A DNA stretch of 57,378 nt from an uncultured Gammaproteobacteria bacterium (GCA_964504365.1 CAZDDW010000001.1:1-57378); one strand, 5' to 3'; counted from the first letter of the stretch, positions 1 to 9,054 are shown. Made by a program: numbers and translations. Notes: generated from the sequence alone by a model not told the origin.

Positions 1-9
1 GGGAAGAAA

Positions 10-258
10 ATGTATCAATTCAGAACTTCTGGTGGAGTTCCTCCGTCGCTCGATCGGGAAGCAATGCAACGCTTCCGCGATCGCGAGAAGGATCGCAAGA
101 TCGGCGTGGCCGCAGCCAAGGCGCGTGGGGAGAGCATCTTCGCACCGCTGATCCCGGCCGAGGGGCACGCCGACGACGTGTTCCAGCCCATGCCCACGGC
201 CCTGACGGCCACGGGCACCCCGGTCTTCGAGGCCGTGCTGGCCAATACCCAGTCCTAG
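10..258 (+). CDS. hypothetical protein (82 aa; may be 5'-truncated)
   Basis: GC-rich ORF on the same strand as all island genes; no recognisable motif. Confidence 0.55.
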   Translation: MYQFRTSGGVPPSLDREAMQRFRDREKDRKIGVAAAKARGESIFAPLIPAEGHADDVFQPMPTALTATGTPVFEAVLANTQS

Positions 259-282
259 AACCCAAGATCCCTGAAAGGGGGG

Positions 283-630
283 ATGATGTACCCGATCTTC
301 AAGATCGAGGATCTGGTGGTCGTCCTGCCGTCTGCTCATGCCGAGCGGGCAGGAGAACTGCTGGACGAAGAGTGGATCTTCCTGATCGCCAACACTGACC
401 TGGCCGTGATGAGCAGCCAGCGCCTGTTGCACGACGCCCGGCTGGAACCCACCGTGGTCATCCAGATTCAGGGTGACGAGCTACAAGAGGCGATGGACGA
501 GCTGATCGCAGCCGAGCGTCCGGATGGCACCGAGGTCATCTGGGACAACCTGTCCCTGTTCAACGAAGAGCCCGACGAAGAGCCGGCACAGATCGAACCC
601 CGTACGATCGTCTGGCCTCGCGCGGCCTAG
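283..630 (+). CDS. hypothetical acidic protein (115 aa)
   Basis: Purine-rich SD-like AAAGGGGGG before ATG; GC-rich third positions like neighbours. Confidence 0.7.
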   Translation: MMYPIFKIEDLVVVLPSAHAERAGELLDEEWIFLIANTDLAVMSSQRLLHDARLEPTVVIQIQGDELQEAMDELIAAERPDGTEVIWDNLSLFNEEPDEEPAQIEPRTIVWPRAA

Positions 631-695
631 AGTCCTTTTCCACCCACCCTCACTCACCCTGAACCAGACGCCGCTACGCGTCGACGGTTCAGGGC

Positions 696-810
696 CCTGC
701 CAGAGATTCTGAGAGAAGTAGAGAGTAGAAAGTTGAAAGTAGAAAGAAACAAATCTAGTTCCTTTCTACTATCTACCATCTACTTTCTACCCCTCGGAGC
801 CCCTGGCAGG
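696..810 (+). repeat. CCAC-family hairpin copy H1, long form with heptad-repeat insert
   Basis: cctgccag...ctggcagg outer stem; inner gtagagagtagaaagttgaaagtagaaag / ctttctactatctaccatctactttctac arms. Confidence 0.9.
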
Positions 811-966
811 TCCAAACTACAACGAGAAAGTTATGGCGAGAGATGATAAACTATTGTAGTGAGAGGGCGGTCATTACAACTTAATATCCAAGGCACGTGA
901 ACATTTGTTCGTGTATCTTGGAATCAACATCAGGATGAGCCTGGTGTTGAGGAGGTCGCACAGCTT

Positions 967-1038
967 GGAGGTATCAAAATGAAACTGTGCAAAAGGTGGT
1001 AGTCGGAACCACCTAAAACAAACCGGCCGGCTTGAGCG
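967..1038 (+). promoter_or_regulatory. SD-led 7-codon ORF (MKLCKRW, 979-1002) overlapping an H-type pseudoknot
   Basis: GGAGGT 967-972; stem aggtggt/accacct; loop gtcgg pairs with ccggc 1023-1027 after an A-rich linker. Confidence 0.6.
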
Positions 1039-1134
1039 CCGCTGATTGGGGACTGCACCATTGTGGTGCGAAATCTGGCAGAAATGTCAGTGCGGCTGTG
1101 ACGCAGCTGTAGAAGGGGTATGTTCACCTAACAA

Positions 1135-1159
1135 ACTCATAAAATGTGAGTTCTTTTTT
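1135..1159 (+). terminator. terminator-like hairpin with U-tract
   Basis: actcat-aaa-atgtgagt-like stem followed by tctttttt. Confidence 0.45.
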
Positions 1160-1279
1160 AAAAAAAAGGAGAACATCCTTGTGCATTGTGCACAACGTGC
1201 TTCGGCACGAAAGCAAAACGTTAATCATACGTCAGACCCTTCACCCAAATAGAACGTCAGCAAAAGCTCAGGCTCTGTT

Positions 1280-1930
1280 TTTCCTGGTGACAGACCAGGT
1301 GGATCTGCTCGATCTATATGCTAGAGCAAAAGCGCCACCAAGGTTGTCTATGATCTGAGGTGGTGGTGGATACGCGGCAATTGCCTGCTGCGTTGAAGCT
1401 GGAATAGTAGAGGCCGGCAAGTGCCCGGACCCAAAAGAGTGTTATCAAGGGTCCTCACGAGGGATTCAGTTCTCAAAAGAGAGCAGCACTCACCATATCT
1501 GCTTGGCAAGCAGGTCTGTGGGCATTCACGGATGAGGACCAATGAGCAAGTGAAACTAGCAGTGCTTTGTAGAGAATCCCCGCCACCGGACTTTAGTGCC
1601 GGGGTTGCTGCGTTTAACGGCGCGTAGTGAAGGGGTACAACCCAACGTCCAGCATTGTGTTGGACAAAACTGTCAGCCCTCGCCTTGCCAGATTCAGTTC
1701 TGGAAGAAAAGGAGGGTGAGGAGGGTGGCATCTCCTTGATAAAAAACATGGCCAAAAAAAGCTCGTTCAAGGCATGTTAGGGAATCCTGTTTTGCGGGAT
1801 CAGCCACAGGAAGGTATAAAGGCCGGACAAGGAGTACGGCCTGGAGCCTAGGCAATGGGTATATTGTGTAGGATATGAACGGGGCATGTTCGCTTCCGTA
1901 ATATTCTTCCCCTGTTGCGACAAATCCTGG
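1280..1930 (+). ncRNA. large structured non-coding RNA, copy 1 (family unidentified)
   Basis: No credible CDS; 72/75 nt identical block with 9262-9336; compensatory changes against copies 2 and 3; ends approximate. Confidence 0.75.
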
Positions 1931-1973
1931 TGATAGAGAAATCGAATTAGAACCCAACACCCTGGAGGTAATC

Positions 1974-4343
1974 ATGGGTCGCAAGAGCAGACGTCAGATC
2001 GTCTACCTACCGCAGGACAGCGGTAACCCCTTGTCGGCCCGGGATCTGGGTGGCAAGGGTGCGGGACTAGTGGCCATGGTGCGCGAAGGTGTGCCTGTCC
2101 CGCCGGTGTTCACGGTGCGTACCACTGTGGCCCGGGCCTACGCAGAGAACGAACGCCTCCCGGATCGCATCGGGTGGCAGATGAAACGCGGAATCCGGAG
2201 CCTGGAGCGGGCGACCGGACGTTTCTTCGGAAGCGTTCGCAAGCCCCTCCTGGTTTCGGTCCGCAGCGGAGCCCAGGTTTCCATGCCTGGGATGATGGAT
2301 ACGGTTCTCAACCTCGGCCTGAACCCGGACACAGTCCAGGGTTTGATCAAGCTGACCAATGACGAGCGTTTCGCCTACGACTGCTACCGGCGGTTCCTGG
2401 CGCAGTTCGCCACGGTCGTGCTCGGTATGGAGACCGAGAAGTTCGACAAGGCTTTGGCTGAGGCACTGCAGCGGAATAAGGTTGACGACCAGCGTCAGCT
2501 TTCGGCCGCGTCTCAGCTGGCCATGTGTGGTCACTACCGTTCGCTGATCGAGGAGTACCTCGGCGAGGACATGATCGACGACGCTTACGAACAGTTGGTC
2601 CTGGCCCTGGTCGCGGTCTGCAAGAGCTGGAACAGTGACCGCGCCCAGACTTACCGCCGCGAGCATCAGCTCCCGGACTGGTGGGGCACGGCAGTCAACG
2701 TGCAGACCATGGTCTTCGGCAATGCCGGGGACGATTCCTGTACTGGTGTGGTCTTCAGCCGCAACGTGTCCACGGGCGAGCCCGGGCTCTACGGTGAGTT
2801 CCTGGTCAACGCTCAGGGCGAAGACGTGGTTGACGGCAAGCACAACGCGCTGCCGATTTCGGACATGGCCGACTGGAACGAGCGGCTCTACCAGGAGCTG
2901 CAGCGACAAGTGGCCAAGCAGGAGCGTCGGTTGAACGACGTGGCCGACGTGGAGTTCACCGTGCAGAAAGGTCGGCTCTGGATCCTGCAGTCCCGCACGG
3001 CCAAGCGTACACCGCTGGCTGCGGTGACCATCGCTTACGACATGGTTCAGGAAGGTACCTGGACCAAGACTGAAGCTCTGGCCTCGGTTGGTTCGGAACA
3101 GTTGGAGGCTCTCTCTCGCCCCCGCATTGATCCGGATCATCTGGCCGAGCACGTTGAGGACGGTGTCAAGGTCTATCGTGGTCTGCCAGTTTCCTTCGGG
3201 GGAGTGGCTGGTCGAGTAGTGACCAGTTCGCAGGCTGCAGTCAAAGCAGCCAAGAACAAGACCGAGCCGGTCATTCTGGTTCTTCCGGATACCACACCCA
3301 AGGATCTGGCTGGCATGATCGCGGCTGACGCTATCGTCACCATGACCGGTGGCACCAGTTGTCACGCGGCTGTGGTCGCGCGCGAGCTGAACAAGCCGTG
3401 CGTGGTCGGGGTCAAGGATCTGATGGTCCTGGATCATCAGATCCTGTCCATGGATGGCAGTCTGGGTGTGGTTTTCGGTGTTTCGGTCCAGATGATCGAG
3501 CCGGCCAAGACCAAGGCCACGGCCGTGTTCAAGAGCTGGGTCCATCACGCTGAGCGCAAGCTGCAGCTGGTCAACCCGGTCGCACGGCTGAACTTCGACC
3601 TGGTCACCGGCGACAGTCTGAACGTAAGCACAGCAATAAACGACTTCTACCTCGCAGGTGCCATGGAAGTGGCAGCTCGAGGCACGGCACTTCACCACGC
3701 GGCCGTGAGTCTGAAACAGCGTGTTCACCATCAGGTGGCCGAGCACATCGCCATGTACCTGGTCGTTGCCGTGTCCGGTGAGCTGCGGCACCTCTTCGAC
3801 AAGGGTCTTGACGGATACCGCTCGGTTCAGGAAAAGGCCGAACAGCTGGCCAACAAGTTCGGTGTACATCGTAGTGGCAGCAACCGGCCCGGTGCGCAGA
3901 TGGACGCGGTCAGTCGGCTGAAGGGGTTGTCTCCCCAAGACCATGTCCAGTACCTACAGCTGGCCGTCGAAGTCTTCGATAACCCCGATGTTCACTGGAG
4001 AGGCTCCAACATCGGTGGTCAGAAGTGGGCCCGTATTGCCGAGGCCGCGCTGCACTATCTGACCGGCAAACTGAACGCGACAGCCTTTGCTGACCACGCC
4101 TTCGACCTGAAGCACAACGGCGGCCTGGTCTTCAACAAGCACAGTATGGTCGCGGCTTATCCCAACACCGTTTACCGGCAGCTGGATGCCAAGAAGATGG
4201 CCCGTGGTGTGCACGAGATGATCCGTGCGCTCGAGAACACTGGTCATCGCACCTTCTCGGAGCAGGTGCTGACTGTTAGCCATCGCGGCGAGCGTATGGG
4301 GATCTGGCAGGCTGAGGCCCGCCGATTCGGCATCGCCGCTTGA
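1974..4343 (+). CDS. PPDK-like dikinase (ATP-grasp + phospho-His domain) with non-PPDK C-terminal domain
   Basis: LGGKGAGL, PLLVSVRSGAQVSMPGMMDTVLNLGLN, NAQGEDVV, GGTSCHAAVVARE motifs; SD GGAGGT; C-terminal ~280 aa is not a PEP/pyruvate TIM barrel. Confidence 0.85.
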   Translation: MGRKSRRQIVYLPQDSGNPLSARDLGGKGAGLVAMVREGVPVPPVFTVRTTVARAYAENERLPDRIGWQMKRGIRSLERATGRFFGSVRKPLLVSVRSGAQVSMPGMMDTVLNLGLNPDTVQGLIKLTNDERFAYDCYRRFLAQFATVVLGMETEKFDKALAEALQRNKVDDQRQLSAASQLAMCGHYRSLIEEYLGEDMIDDAYEQLVLALVAVCKSWNSDRAQTYRREHQLPDWWGTAVNVQTMVFGNAGDDSCTGVVFSRNVSTGEPGLYGEFLVNAQGEDVVDGKHNALPISDMADWNERLYQELQRQVAKQERRLNDVADVEFTVQKGRLWILQSRTAKRTPLAAVTIAYDMVQEGTWTKTEALASVGSEQLEALSRPRIDPDHLAEHVEDGVKVYRGLPVSFGGVAGRVVTSSQAAVKAAKNKTEPVILVLPDTTPKDLAGMIAADAIVTMTGGTSCHAAVVARELNKPCVVGVKDLMVLDHQILSMDGSLGVVFGVSVQMIEPAKTKATAVFKSWVHHAERKLQLVNPVARLNFDLVTGDSLNVSTAINDFYLAGAMEVAARGTALHHAAVSLKQRVHHQVAEHIAMYLVVAVSGELRHLFDKGLDGYRSVQEKAEQLANKFGVHRSGSNRPGAQMDAVSRLKGLSPQDHVQYLQLAVEVFDNPDVHWRGSNIGGQKWARIAEAALHYLTGKLNATAFADHAFDLKHNGGLVFNKHSMVAAYPNTVYRQLDAKKMARGVHEMIRALENTGHRTFSEQVLTVSHRGERMGIWQAEARRFGIAA

Positions 4344-4517
4344 ACGATACAACATCAGTACATTCACGGAGGTGAAACACGAGTTCCAGTGGGCGCGACC
4401 GACATCGCGCTCACTGGACTCCTTAAATGAGCTTCCCGGACGTTAGTGTTCCGGGAAGTTGATCGAGGAGAATTGATAAAGCGGCCAAATCGCCGCACGA
4501 TATACGGAGGAAGAACG

Positions 4518-5003
4518 ATGAGAAGCATTCCGCATAGCGAGCGTACGGGTGTCGCGATACAGATCGGTCCACACACGGTTCACGCCGGTGGTGGTAGCTT
4601 CATGCAGCCCGGTGACGTCAACGGTTACGACGTGGTCGTTCCGCTGGCCGGCCGTCTGCCCGACGGTGCCGAGCTGACCGACGACCAGGAGCGCTTCGAG
4701 CTGGAGCTCGAGGACTTCGGTGGTGTACCCAAGGACTGGGAGCAGATTCTGCGCGAGCAGGTCATCCCTCTCCTGGAGCAGGGCAAGAGCCTGCTGGCAT
4801 TCTGTGCCTGGGGGCAGGGGCGGACCGGGACTTTCCTGGCCTCGCTCATGGCCATCCTCGAGCCGAATGTCGACGATCCCGTCCTGGAGCTGCGCGAGCG
4901 GTACACCATGGAGGCGGTCGAGACCCAGACCCAGGCCCGCGCGGTCTTCGCCATCAAGGGTATCAAGGAGTTGCCCGAGGTGCACCAGCGCCTGCGGAAG
5001 TAG
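4518..5003 (+). CDS. protein-tyrosine/dual-specificity phosphatase family protein
   Basis: CX5R loop FCAWGQGRTG, downstream VETQTQ (ETxxQ-type); SD GGAGGA before ATG 4518. Confidence 0.85.
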   Translation: MRSIPHSERTGVAIQIGPHTVHAGGGSFMQPGDVNGYDVVVPLAGRLPDGAELTDDQERFELELEDFGGVPKDWEQILREQVIPLLEQGKSLLAFCAWGQGRTGTFLASLMAILEPNVDDPVLELRERYTMEAVETQTQARAVFAIKGIKELPEVHQRLRK

Positions 5004-5037
5004 TTCCACAACCAGAACCTTAGCCCGGAAGGACTAG

Positions 5038-5487
5038 ATGAGCAGTAAGTTCGAGATGATCGGACCCGGAAACCAGAACTATACGGTTTTGGCTGGAAGC
5101 AGTCGTGGCCGTGTTGGGTTCTGGATATCGGATCTTGATGGTCAGGCTCGTATTCGGGTCGAGTTCAGGAAAGGTGTTATCGGTAAGATCGAGGGCATAC
5201 TGCATTGGACTTGTTCTGGTCCTAGTGATTTTGTGGCTTACACCCGAAATCAGGGTGCAACAGAGCAGGCCTTGAAAGATGCGCTTACGGCTCTAGGTAT
5301 CAAGGAGATGGGGTTCGGTGATACGATGCCAGCCGGGCTGAGCCTGAACTTCGAAGCCCCACACTGGGCCATCGGCTTGATCATGCCCAAGTACGCGGGG
5401 TTGACTCGAGTACAAGTCGAGGCTAGGCAATCCTTGCCAGCCGTTCGTGTGCTGGCAGCCAGGATTCGCAACGCCCTGGTCACATAG
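5038..5487 (+). CDS. hypothetical protein, member of island paralog family
   Basis: Shares YTVLA...VG...RIRVE pattern with 5735 and 7949 products; stop TAG lies in the repeat tagttctttggaag. Confidence 0.75.
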   Translation: MSSKFEMIGPGNQNYTVLAGSSRGRVGFWISDLDGQARIRVEFRKGVIGKIEGILHWTCSGPSDFVAYTRNQGATEQALKDALTALGIKEMGFGDTMPAGLSLNFEAPHWAIGLIMPKYAGLTRVQVEARQSLPAVRVLAARIRNALVT

Positions 5488-5556
5488 TTCTTTGGAAGCG
5501 TTTTTGCGGCGCAATTCTCGCGCCGCACTTCAACATCCCGAGTACAGACTCGGGAT

Positions 5557-5671
5557 CCCACCAGAGTTTCGGAGAAAAAGTAGAGAGTAGAAAGTTGAAA
5601 GTAGAAAGGAATAAATTTGTCCCTCTCTACTATCTACCATCTACTTTCTACTTCTCGGAGTCCCTGGTGGG
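5557..5671 (+). repeat. CCAC-family hairpin copy H2, long form
   Basis: cccaccagagtttcggag...ctcggagtccctggtggg with heptad insert. Confidence 0.9.
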
Positions 5672-5734
5672 AGAAAATGTGAGTAAGCGGGAAAACAGTT
5701 CCGTGATCCTCACCAACGATCCCACAACAGCGCT

Positions 5735-6376
5735 ATGGAAGCGCTGAAACACGAGGAGGGCATCATGCCCAGCTACGCCTACGACGCCACGAGCAAGCGC
5801 CGGGACATCGCCAACGTGCCCGGCACCGAGCGCACCCACGAGTACCAGGTTCTGGCCATCACGCCCAAGGCCGTCGTGGCCCTGCGACACGACGTCGGTC
5901 GCAGCTGCTGGCGTATCCGCGTCGAGCCGCTGTCCGAGGCGGCCGCCGAGGAGATGCGCCCGTACTTCCCGAAGATGGTCGGTTGGAGTACCGACAGTGG
6001 CTGGAAGCATCCGGACCACCAGCCTCGGTTCAGCATCACCGCCCGGGACGCCGACACCAGGGACCGTGACAAGAAGCTGGTCCTGGCCCTCGAGGTCGCC
6101 CAGTCCGAGGGTCGGATCGTGCGTCGCTTCCGCGAGCACCTGCTCGAGCGGAAGACCGAAGCGCGTCCCGAGGGTGTGAACTGCACCCGGTGCGCGAACA
6201 CGGCCTGCGTGTTCAACGGCACGCCCACGATGATGCTCCCCGGCGAGCACGACCCGACCGGGTCCAAGCTGCGGCACAACACCTGCGGTGACGCGGACAT
6301 GGACGACGTCATCCTGAGCTGGCTGCGCCGCGACGCCGACACCGAGCTCGAGGCCGCCAAGGCCGCCGAGGCCTAG
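5735..6376 (+). CDS. hypothetical protein, paralog family, with C-terminal Cys cluster
   Basis: YQVLAITPKAVVALR...RIRVE; CTRCANTAC...HNTC possible metal site; true start may be ATG ~5765 after GGAGG. Confidence 0.75.
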   Translation: MEALKHEEGIMPSYAYDATSKRRDIANVPGTERTHEYQVLAITPKAVVALRHDVGRSCWRIRVEPLSEAAAEEMRPYFPKMVGWSTDSGWKHPDHQPRFSITARDADTRDRDKKLVLALEVAQSEGRIVRRFREHLLERKTEARPEGVNCTRCANTACVFNGTPTMMLPGEHDPTGSKLRHNTCGDADMDDVILSWLRRDADTELEAAKAAEA

Positions 6377-6476
6377 GGTAGCGCGCTAGACCAGTACAGC
6401 ACTGATCAACAAGTTCTTTTCGTTAACTTGCCTCGAGCACGTCGAGGCCTGCCCGGAACTATTCGTAGTTCCGGGA

Positions 6477-6591
6477 CCCACCAGAGTTTCTGAGAAAAGT
6501 AGAGAGTAGAAAGTTGAAGGTAGAAAGAAACAAATTTTGTCCCTTTCCACTATCTACCATCTACTTTCTACCCCTCAGAGTCCCTGGTGGG
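6477..6591 (+). repeat. CCAC-family hairpin copy H3, long form
   Basis: cccaccagagtttctgag...ctcagagtccctggtggg with heptad insert. Confidence 0.9.
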
Positions 6592-6634
6592 TCAATGGTT
6601 GGCCCAATTCCACGAAAGACATAAGGAGGTCATC

Positions 6635-6700
6635 ATGTGGAAACGTCAAATGAAGGCGGGAATCGGAACTCGCCATCGAAAAGAAAATCCGGTCAGCTGA
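6635..6700 (+). CDS. small SD-led ORF (21 aa, MWKRQMKAGIGTRHRKENPVS)
   Basis: Strong SD AAGGAGGT just upstream; same position relative to the pseudoknots as the leader ORFs of copies 1 and 3. Confidence 0.35.
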   Translation: MWKRQMKAGIGTRHRKENPVS

Positions 6701-6722
6701 GCACATGGAGTGCAAGCAGCTG

Positions 6723-6814
6723 GTGGGAATCAGATCCCACTGAAAATAAATCTGGTCGGCCTACGGGTCGGTGGAGGTTGGATCCCACTATAAATAAACC
6801 AACCGGCTTGAACG
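6723..6814 (+). promoter_or_regulatory. two tandem H-type pseudoknots
   Basis: gtggga/tcccac with loop atcaga pairing tctggt; gtgg/ccac with loop ggttgg pairing ccaacc; A-rich 10-nt linkers. Confidence 0.6.
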
Positions 6815-6839
6815 ACCGTGGGGCAATAAAGAGGGCTCT

Positions 6840-6865
6840 AACCCTCTGTTGTCAGAGGGTTTTTT
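6840..6865 (+). terminator. intrinsic terminator
   Basis: aaccctctg-ttgt-cagagggtt followed by T run. Confidence 0.7.
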
Positions 6866-7119
6866 AAAATGAAGGCTATAAAGGCCAAACCGCAGCTTGT
6901 TGCGGATAGCTAAACGTTAACCCTACAACCCATCAGCTCTTTTCGCCCAGAAGAAGCCACAACTGTTTCAAGTTCACCCACTCGACCACCGCACACCAAA
7001 AACACAAAAAACAAAGACGAAGTGCGATTGGTTGAGGAAGTAGAGCTGTCAGCACGAAATTGGACGGACTCTGCGGACGGGGTATACCGCGAGCGTCGAA
7101 GTGACCCAAAATCGACGTG

Positions 7120-7810
7120 CTCATAGGGGGTAGTGCCCCCTGGGTCAAGCCATCAAAGGTTGCACTGACCTGTGATGGTGGTTCGTAGTGCGGGAATTGC
7201 CTCCTGCGCTCGGGCTAAAGACCAAAGGAGTCAAAGCGGCCGTTCAAGTGAACGGTATATGTTAACACCGCTTGGCGAGCGGTTCCGTTGGTAATAACGG
7301 ACAAGGACCAACTGGTTGTGAAATCAGGCGGTAGCTAGTCAGAAATCAGCCTGGGGTAACTCAGGTTCAGGGCCGAGTCGATTATGTTTCTTAACATAAT
7401 AGCGGCGTCAACCCTGATTAAATGTTCTGTGCCGAAGTGGCCGGTCGGGTTTGTATGTGGATTAGTGTAAATAACATAATGTTGTTAATTTACATCCCAC
7501 CTTTGCAAACTCAAGGGGTTGCACCCTTGCAAGCGACAGCTAAAGAGATTGACTAGAGATTGTTTGAGGAATCAATTCGGAAGGGATCAGCCTCAGGAGG
7601 GTGAAAGGTTCGAGCGCGAGTTCGGGCCGGAGCCTAGGCAGCGGGTAGATTGAGCTCATAATCGACAGGTCTGCTTTCATACCTAGTGGTGGATGGCAGG
7701 CATTGGGTACGGGGGTCGAGTGAAGGCTGATGGTTTTCGGACCTGAAGCTGAAGAACTGCACGTCAGAGAAAAGCCCAAGGTTGTGAGTCCCTACTGCGA
7801 CAGATCCTGA
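7120..7810 (+). ncRNA. large structured non-coding RNA, copy 2 (most diverged)
   Basis: Same ordered blocks: aagccatc..gatggtgg, gcttggcgagc, ccgtt-ggtaat-aacgg, gggatcagcctcaggagggt, agcctaggcagcggg, ctgcgacagatcctga. Confidence 0.7.
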
Positions 7811-7887
7811 AAATAGCAACACCCCTCTTTCGGCCGTTCGGCCACAAAGTTCTTTGGAAGCGTCTTGCGGTTAGTCTCCCTGACCGC

Positions 7888-7931
7888 CTTCCACCAGAGT
7901 TTCTGATTTCGATCGGAGTTCCTGGTGGAAG
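7888..7931 (+). repeat. CCAC-family hairpin copy H4, short form
   Basis: cttccaccagagtttctga-tttcga-tcggagttcctggtggaag. Confidence 0.9.
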
Positions 7932-7948
7932 CAAGGAGGAGAGACAAC

Positions 7949-8731
7949 ATGAAATCGTTCCAGATGTACGGTGCATATGGCAGCGATTACTTCGTTGTCG
8001 CGTGCACAAAGCTGGGAAAAATTGGTTGGAAAGACTCAGGTAAGGGCTATCAACACGTTGAGGTGCAGGGTCACGAAGAGGATGTCCTGGACTTTGATTT
8101 CGACAAGCTGTATGAGAAGTTGCCTGGCTGGAAGATCAACGAACTGTCCAACGCCTGGGTCTCGACCATGGTCCCGAAAGGACCTGAGCTCACAAAAGCA
8201 CTGGTTGAAGGTCTTCGTGCCTTGGGCTTAGAAGGGTTGGAGGTAAATCCAGAGGCTGGTCCGTGGTTCGGAGGAGTGGTCAGGAAGGCTTTCGGCCAAG
8301 GCCCATTCGACATGGAGGATGTGTCTGGTCTCAAGTACACAGTGGTTGTTGCCACACCTTGGGCCAGGGTCGGACTGAGAACCGATCAGGATCATCAAGT
8401 TGTCCGTATCGAGATGGATGACGGGCCAATGGCTTACGCAGCTGACAGAGGCTTCACTCCAAACTGGGAGTTTTTTAAAGGATCTGGACAACGACCTATC
8501 TGCTTCACAGCTACGGCCTTCAGTAAAGAGCAGGCCGAACAGTTGTTGACCAGCGCATTTCGGGCAATCGAAGCTGAATTCGATCTGCTTAACCCTGACT
8601 TGACCGAGACCAGGGTCAATCCGGAGATCAGTGGTTGGATCATGGAGTTGATCAAGGCTGAGTCCAGGATTGAGTTGAGAGCCATGCTCGATCACGCCCG
8701 CAAGTTAGCTGCTCGCATCAAAGTTGCATAG
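7949..8731 (+). CDS. hypothetical protein with two tandem copies of the island paralog domain
   Basis: SD AAGGAGG; halves FQMYG..DYFVVA..GKIG and FDMED..KYTVVVATPWARVG; both end in (V/L)NPE..(P/G)W. Confidence 0.8.
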   Translation: MKSFQMYGAYGSDYFVVACTKLGKIGWKDSGKGYQHVEVQGHEEDVLDFDFDKLYEKLPGWKINELSNAWVSTMVPKGPELTKALVEGLRALGLEGLEVNPEAGPWFGGVVRKAFGQGPFDMEDVSGLKYTVVVATPWARVGLRTDQDHQVVRIEMDDGPMAYAADRGFTPNWEFFKGSGQRPICFTATAFSKEQAEQLLTSAFRAIEAEFDLLNPDLTETRVNPEISGWIMELIKAESRIELRAMLDHARKLAARIKVA

Positions 8732-8770
8732 TTCTTTGGAAGCGTCTTGCGGCGCAATTCTCGCGCCGCA

Positions 8771-8882
8771 CTTCCACCAGAGTTTCTGAGAAAAGTAGAG
8801 AGTAGAAAGTTGAAAGTAGAAAGAAACAAATTTAGTTCCTTTCTACCATCTACTTTCTACCCCTCGGAATCCCTGGTGGAAG
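8771..8882 (+). repeat. CCAC-family hairpin copy H5, long form lacking one heptad
   Basis: cttccaccag...ctggtggaag; right arm 7 nt shorter than H1-H3. Confidence 0.9.
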
Positions 8883-8889
8883 TATGAAT

Positions 8890-8959
8890 GGAGGTAATTA
8901 AGATGGAACAGTTTGAATGGTGGTAGCCGGACCACGTTAAAAAAGCGGTCGCTTGAGCG
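8890..8959 (+). promoter_or_regulatory. SD-led 7-codon ORF (MEQFEWW, 8903-8926) overlapping an H-type pseudoknot
   Basis: GGAGGT 8890-8895; gtggt/accac stem; loop gccg pairs with cggt 8946-8949; same gcttgagcg tail as copy 1. Confidence 0.6.
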
Positions 8960-9054
8960 AAGTTGATGAGATAATATTGGTAAATAGTTTTTAAAAAAAT
9001 TATTTACTTCTTGTTCTAATAGGACATCAACACAGTTCAAGTCTGGCTTAAGAT

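Noticed and set aside
2067-3944. 625-aa ORF on the minus strand, and similar long antisense ORFs at 4443-5009 and 5648-6360
   Set aside because: Shadow frames of GC-rich genes that have clear motifs and SDs on the + strand; no recognisable domains.
7857-7896. tmRNA or tRNA 3' end (cttccACCA)
   Set aside because: No TTCGA T-loop, no anticodon or D arm and no tag ORF; kept only as a minihelix hypothesis.
8890-8926. Classical trp operon attenuator (MEQFEWW)
   Set aside because: No trp biosynthesis or transport genes follow, and TGGTGG is required by the stem; retained only as part of the leader module.
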